64,000 bases of DNA, taken from the NCBI RefSeq assembly GCF_009914755.1, contig NC_060925.1; one strand, written 5' to 3'. Below the pieces are notes generated by a model, which saw nothing but the letters and a program-made list of their open reading frames with translations, had not been told where the DNA came from and did not search any database. This DNA comes from the human T2T-CHM13v2.0 reference genome, Homo sapiens. Every line of letters starts with the position of its first letter. Position 1 is the first letter of the stretch. Below, in pieces: positions 57,640 to 64,000 of the stretch. Position numbers and translations under genes: made by a program.

Positions 57640-58590
57640 TTATTTTCCATTTCTTTCCATCTCCTTGGCTACTGTCCTAGCACAAATCACCTTCATTATC
57701 AATCTGAACCCCTATCTGGTCCATGGATCCTTTCTGACTTGTGCCCCTAAATCTATTCTCTATTCAATAGGCAAAGGGATCACTTTAAAATGCAAATTTG
57801 ATTGAGTTACTTTTCTGATGAAAACCTCCAATTTCTTCCTACTACACTTAAGATAAAATCCAAAGGCCCTCTGCAAGCTGGCTCGAAGAGCCAATGGCAT
57901 TCCTTCTGATCCTCAGGCATGCTGAGCAAACTTGAGGTTTGGCCCCTGCTGTCCCTTCTGTTTGAGCATTCTCTGCCGATCTTTACATGGATGGCACCTT
58001 GTCATTCAGATCTCAGCCCAAACAGAGGCAGTGGAGAGTAATGGCCACAAGCACGTCTTTGGGAGCCAAACTGCCTTGGATCTAAATCTTGGGTTTCACC
58101 ACCTCACCACTTCTTAGAAAAGTTACTCAGTCCCGGTTTCCTCATCTGTAATAAGAATGGTAACAATCCCTACATCATAGGGTTTTTTGAGGTTTCAATA
58201 CATTAACAGTTGTTTAAAAAAATAGTGATCAGCATACAGTAAACACCACTTAAGTGTTTAAGAAATGAAAATGTTATTTCCTCAAATAACCCTTCTCTGA
58301 CCCATTCCAAGTTACTACCTTCCCCAGTGACAGTCACTTAACATGCAAGTGCCTTATTTTTATTTTCTACATAGTTCTTTTCATTTTTGGAGATCATTTA
58401 CTTATTTTTATTTTCTACATGGCTCTTGTCACTTTCAGAGATCACTTACCTATGTATTGATCGGCTTTCTCACTAGACTGAAGGTTCATGGCGACAAAAA
58501 CCTCATCTGTCTTATTCCTTTAGGACCTGCCATCCCATTTCTCAGAACAATGCTAATATCTATTACCTTCTCAATAAACAGTCATCAAAT
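57640..58590 (+). mobile_element. L2 fragments with a MIR inserted at about 58020-58260
   Basis: L2 segments ttaaaatgcaaatttgattgagttac, cattcagatctcagc and ctagactgaaggttcatg. MIR core ggtttcctcatctgtaa. Confidence 0.65.
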
Positions 58591-60170
58591 GAAAGAACCA
58601 GAGTTCAAATTCTGATTCTACTAGTTCAGTGGTTTTTATCTAGATGCTTGACCTCTGTAGGCCTGAATTTCCCCAGCCACAAAATGAGCAAGAATATCTG
58701 TACTTCATGGGAGTATTGTATAATATACATGCCAAAATGTTAATGGTGATTATCTTTGGGAGATGGGATTACAGAGGATTTATTTTTTCATGTTGTTCTC
58801 ATGTATATTACTTTTAAGATAATGAGCGTGGATTTATTTTGTAATCAGTGTAAATTTAAAATTAAACAATATTTGTGAAGGATTTAATACAGTCCCTGAT
58901 GCACAGTAGGTATTTAATAAACAGCCAGTGTTAATACTACTAAACTGTTCAATAAGCCCAAAACGGCCTCCTTCCTCTGTGGCACTGGTCTGTTGCCTTA
59001 TACCCCAGTCTGAGGTTTGGGGCTCAGTCACTACCCGACCCCAGCTGGAAAGACATGTTCCTCCTCTCAGGCCAGCTTCAGAAACCAGAGTGGAAGGAGG
59101 AGATTCAGTGACTGTCAGCTGAGGGGCTTTCTCTTTTAGACCAGCTCACTCTCACCCTTTGAAGCCCAAGTTTACCTCCTGACTGTGGGTGGATGAGCTT
59201 TCCACAGTGCTTAGTATGCATCCCACGCCTGGCAGGCTGCAGAGAATATTAACATGGCAAATTCCATTGTTTATTCCCCCCACACTCCCCCAAAATCATT
59301 TTCTGTGTTGAGGAAAGAGATTGTGCCCAGCTGCTGGAATCTAATCAGCAACAGATCTGCACAGTGCTGGAAGATGTGGCTGATACAAAGCTGTGATTCT
59401 TCAGCTGGTGAATTTCCAGTGCAAGATGGGGGCTTGCCCACCCCTCTCCAATACGGTGGATGGACCAAATGCTTATTCACCATGAGTAGGGGGAAGGGAG
59501 CGGGACATCCCTCACACAGGGCCATTGGCAGCAGCTGATGATGCAGGAGGCAGGGGAACTGGAGTGAGTCCTCATTTTTCATCAGGAATCCTATGGCTTT
59601 TGCTCATTAGGTTATCTGTCAGTGCAGCCAGCTCCAGCCAAGGCTTCTGGGTCCTAATGACCCACTTTCTATCTGGTCCCCTCAGACTCTCTATGATTCT
59701 GTCTTTAAAGATTAGCTTGAAAGAATTTGAAAGTCATTGTTTTTGTTCCCAGCAAGCAAAGGAAAAACATAGCTTCTCAGAGCTAGCTAAAGGTTCTGTG
59801 GCTTTCTTAAACATGACAGCTGCATTAACAATGAGAAAAGAGACTCAGGAGCCTGTAATTTGAAGGACTCCATGACTGCTAGATGGATTTACACAGTCTA
59901 AAGCTGGTGTTACTGTAAAAACTCTGGATGACAGGCGAGCAGCTTTTACCTGGCTTTCTGGGTGCCCCATCCCTGTGCTAGTGAACCCAGGGGTAGATTC
60001 CAGGGCAGGCCCAAGGATTCTGTAAGCTGAAGTACTGTTTTAGTCATCTAAAATAAGACTTGGAAAAGGCAGAGACTTGTCTTACTATAGGTGGCTTTTC
60101 ATGGAGTCCAGATCCAAGTGAGGAAAGATTCTAGGGATAAATTCCAGATTTTCTTCTATGGAAGCCTTGT

Positions 60171-60218
60171 CCACCCATCCATCCATCCATCCATCCACCC
60201 ACTCACCCAGCCAGCCAG
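60171..60218. repeat. (CCAT)n grading into (CCAG)n tetranucleotide repeat
   Basis: ccacccatccatccatccatccatccacccactcacccagccagccag. Confidence 0.85.
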
Positions 60219-60309
60219 CAGAGCAATTTGCAAATGCTGTTGCTTATATAGTATGTTTTATAGAAGGTATCAAATATAAGATGTAAGCATGCCTACTATT
60301 GTATAGGGT

Positions 60310-60510
60310 ATACTCTCTGAGTTCAGAGCCTCATTGGCAGTGTGTCCAAGGGTAAGTCACTGTGCATCTGTTGGCTCATCTGTAAAACAGAGCTTGGAAT
60401 CTTCCTTATATGTTTTTTTGTGAGGAGAAAATGAAGCAATCAATGTTCAGTGCTTAGCATAATGTTTGGCATGTCCTAAACACTCTATAAATGGTAGTTA
60501 TTATTATTAT
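60310..60510 (+). mobile_element. MIR SINE
   Basis: gggtaagtcact, ctcatctgtaaaac, agtgcttagcata, ataaatggtagttattattattat. Confidence 0.75.
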
Positions 60511-61184
60511 TTCAACAGAAGACACAGAGAAGTTAAAATTCCACTCCCTGACCTTGAGATGCTTTTTATACATGTGCATAGTTGGAAGCTTGGCATAGGT
60601 CAGGTTATCTTATTCTGGAGTAAGTGAGGTTTCCTTGAAACCTTGGCTCTAAACTCCCAGAACAAAAGACTGTTAGTTGTGGTGACTTGGCCATAAACTA
60701 GGTCTGGTGCTTTACCCCTCTGTTCCAGTGGGCACTGACTTTCCATATATCCTATAATGTTTGTTTTCTGCCACTTCCTGCATGATTTTTTTTACTAAAA
60801 TCTTTCTTTTCTTCAGACTGAGACAAAATAAAAATGTATCACCTGAAGCTGAGGTTGAAAAATAGCCCAATCATTGTTGTTTAAAAACAAATTCCCTTGT
60901 TGATGGCACTTCTTGGTGAATGATTCCCCTTCACTATGGGGCCTTCTTAGAGCAGAGATAAATGAGCCAATTTGGCTCTCTAGGGTTCATCTTATGTCTA
61001 GGCCAAATTAGTGCAGGAAATCCTGAATTATAATTTGTTTGTGTTATCATTAATTCATTTAATCACACATTCCTCACAATTCGTAGCACTGAAGAGGAAT
61101 TATTAACCAACCCATTATGTTTAATGTGTAGCTCTTTAAAAAAAGATGGCTAATAATTCATCTGAGGTGCCAGTGATAGTGCTG

Positions 61185-61400
61185 ATAATAATAATAGCTA
61201 ACTTTTATTGAGTACTATCTCTGTGCCAATGTGTAATGTTGTAGACATTACATATATGTGAACTTCTTTCATCCTCACATCAACCATGTGACATGTTGTT
61301 ATTATCCCCTTTTTCAAGATGAAGAAATTGAGGCACGAAGAAGTTAAGAAAGTTGCCCAAGGTCACACAGTCAGTATGTGGTAGGATCAGTACAGCTCAT
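61185..61400 (-). mobile_element. MIR SINE
   Basis: ataatagctaacttttattgagtactat ... gatgaagaaattgaggcacgaagaagttaagaaagttgcccaaggtcacacag. Confidence 0.85.
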
Positions 61401-64000
61401 TTGCAGAATTAACGCTGTTAGCTTCCTAGTTACACATTTATCAGGTGTTCCCTGAGAAAGTCCTAGGTGTCAGGCCCTGTGCTGGGTACAGGGATTTAAA
61501 GAACATGATGTAGTTCTCTCCTTTTAAGGGGCTTGAAGTCTGGCTTGCGAGTCAAGACATGTAAACAAATGGAGCTTGGGTCTGAAATTAGGCATTCTGA
61601 CTCCAGAGAGGGATACTGAATGATGAATGGGAATTGGCCCATGAGAAAAAAGAATGAAGGGGAAGGATATTCTAGAAAAACAGAGAGGCCAGATCAGGCA
61701 GGGGTGTCTGCAGATTGCTTAGTGTGGGCAGCACTCATCTGTACCAATAGATCAGCACTGTTCTCCTTTCTTCCACAAAATCCTGGCAAGGTCTCCTGTT
61801 TCTGTACACTCTAAATCCACACTGTGATCCACTCTGTGATAACATGGAAAACCACCCTAAATAGAAATATGAAACCCAATGTTTTGAGTGGATCCTTTCC
61901 CCTGCCCGAGAGCCGCAGCAGCCTTGAGTCTCAAGTGCTGTTTGATCCCTTTACGTGCTGTTCCCTCTGGAGGGATTAGGGTTTTAATCTGTTTGATTTT
62001 TTCTTCTCCCATAAGATTACAATTCTCTCTCTCTTATTCTTAAAATCTCAGATTACTCAGAGATGTGACCAGTGACTCACAACATTTCAGCTGGGGAAAG
62101 GGAGGATGCAGTTGGTTGCCCTGGTGGCCATCGCCCTCATGGCTGTTAGCACCTGCACAGCACCTCCCTCTCCCCTCAGAGAAACGCCGTGAGGGCAAGT
62201 CACCCTCATGGGTGTCCATTCTACTTTGCGGCTTCTCAGGAAACTGGCTTTCCTACTCCCTTCAATCACTTGGCCAGTTAGGTGGACTGCTCCAAAGAGA
62301 ATCCTCTTCTTAATCCTGCGAGGAGCAAGTAGAGTATCTCACTCTGTCCAGTATCTCTCCCCATAAACAAAAATGCCTGTCCCAAGTATTGGTTTGGCTC
62401 AAATCTTGAGGTGAATGGCAAAGCGGAAGAGACTGGGGGTGAAAATGATCTTTAGAGATCGTTTAGAACTTGAAGTTATCAACATGGGAACTACAGAGCA
62501 TGGGAATACTTCCTACTCTCTTGCTGCGTCCTGGACCAGGTTAATATCTCTATTATCCCTTCATTAAGAAGCTAATCACATCAGCTGTCCCTTTTGAGAC
62601 TAGCAAGTCTTGCTTTAGTACAGTCTTCTTACTCTAGTCTAGTGCCTTGTGTGAGCATCTCCCAAGAGCTTATGATCAATCTAAAACAACCAAGTCCTCC
62701 CATCAGACATTTTCTCCCCACCCCGTCCCTATCCCGTGCTTCCTCACCACCTGGATGGATTTCCAAAGTGCCTTCCTGAGGGTCCTTGTGCCTCTGCCCT
62801 CTCTACCTCCAGCACCTCCAGTCTACCCAGTAACACAGTGCCGCTAGGTTTCTCTTCTTAATATACTACTACTATTATTATGTGACTCCCCTCTTTAAAA
62901 GCACCCAATGGCTCCTCTCTTCTCAGAAACTTGCCCAAACTTCTCCAAATGGCTTTCAAAACTACCACAGTCTGTTTCCAGTTGAATCACTCCCTTGCGT
63001 CTGTTCTGGGTTTGAGGACAATAAATTCATCAGTCTTCTCCCTGTCATTCATTCCCTATGGAATCCCTTCTACCTGAGACAAATAGGACTGATTACTTTA
63101 GGGAAATTGAGTGAACAGGAGGGAAAACTCAAATGAGACAGCAGGAAGGACACATGGGCGATGCATGTCCTTCAGGGCCTCCCTTCTCACCTTGTCTGTT
63201 CAGATTACTCCCAGGCGTGTGTTTTAAATGGAGTTGAAATCCTATCCTGTTTATCGTTGTTCATATTAGCAAAATGTTTGGTGAGCTCTTTATCAAGGGC
63301 TGACACGTTGGTGCCAACCAAAGAGGCTGAGTGCATTTATCACTGCAACTGGGACGTGCCCCAGCCTGGAAAGGCTGTGCCAACCACTTGTCATTTCCTG
63401 GCAGCTCCCGCGTATCCTCACACCCATCCTGCTCATAATTGAAAACCTCCAACTTCTGTGACCTTCAAGAGTTGCAAGAAAAATGATTGACTGGCCAAGT
63501 CCAGCTTCACATGGCAATTGAGTTCTGAGGCTTTGTCAGAGCCAGGCTGTGACAGCTGAGCCAGCAGAAGTCTGGGGAGGAGGTCAAATCACAATCCCGA
63601 GGCATCACCGCCCTCCTTACTTTATAGACTGTAGAGTGAGGCTGGAGATGGCAGCGATGGCACCAGCTCAAGAATTTCTATGGAGGAACTTAAGGGTGAC
63701 GCTTTGATTGGAAAAAGGAGTTAGCAGACTTGTTTTAACGATAAACTTGAGCAGAAAGCATTCTTTAAAGTTAGATTACTTATTGGGGTGGCTTGTAGGG
63801 TCTGCTGGAAATAATAGGGTGGGACGTGAGCAAGCACCAATGATTTGTACAGATGTGCAAGTCATTGGTATTTATCTTTCAATGCCCTTCCCCTGCTTTG
63901 CTCTGTATCCCAGGGATCATCCCTGAAAATGACATTTCTCAGGCTCCCTTTTCCCCTGGCTTCTAGGTGAATGAGAGGCAGTGGAAGAAGAATGGAGATG

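Overview
This is mammalian genomic DNA, almost certainly human 1p13.3: it carries AluY, L1PA, THE1 and HSMAR2 elements and the 575-aa Kv1.3 reading frame. The only credible protein-coding gene is the intronless potassium channel gene KCNA3 (Kv1.3), on the minus strand at 17825-19552. It sits in a CpG island with a GC-box promoter lacking an obvious TATA box. Downstream of it (positions 1-17800) is an AT-rich region with long repeat-free stretches, several polyA signals and splice-like signals. Upstream (21 kb onward) is intergenic DNA full of transposable elements, including a twin-primed L1PA, MER44/Tigger7, a near full-length HSMAR2 mariner, L1MA, a full-length THE1 provirus, MLT1 LTRs, Alus, MIRs, L2 and L3. 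The most notable unexplained signals are: (i) four RFX X-box-like palindromes overlapping NFAT cores within about 100 bp just past the KCNA3 polyA signal; (ii) a 27-nt hairpin-containing element present twice, 1.9 kb apart, in unique sequence downstream of KCNA3; (iii) a THE1 provirus in the same sense as KCNA3 that keeps DUX4 motifs in both LTRs; (iv) a TSD-flanked tail-only insertion that became an (AAC)n microsatellite. Repeat subfamily names come from recalled consensus sequences, and boundaries of old repeats are approximate. No CRISPR array, tRNA or rRNA was seen.
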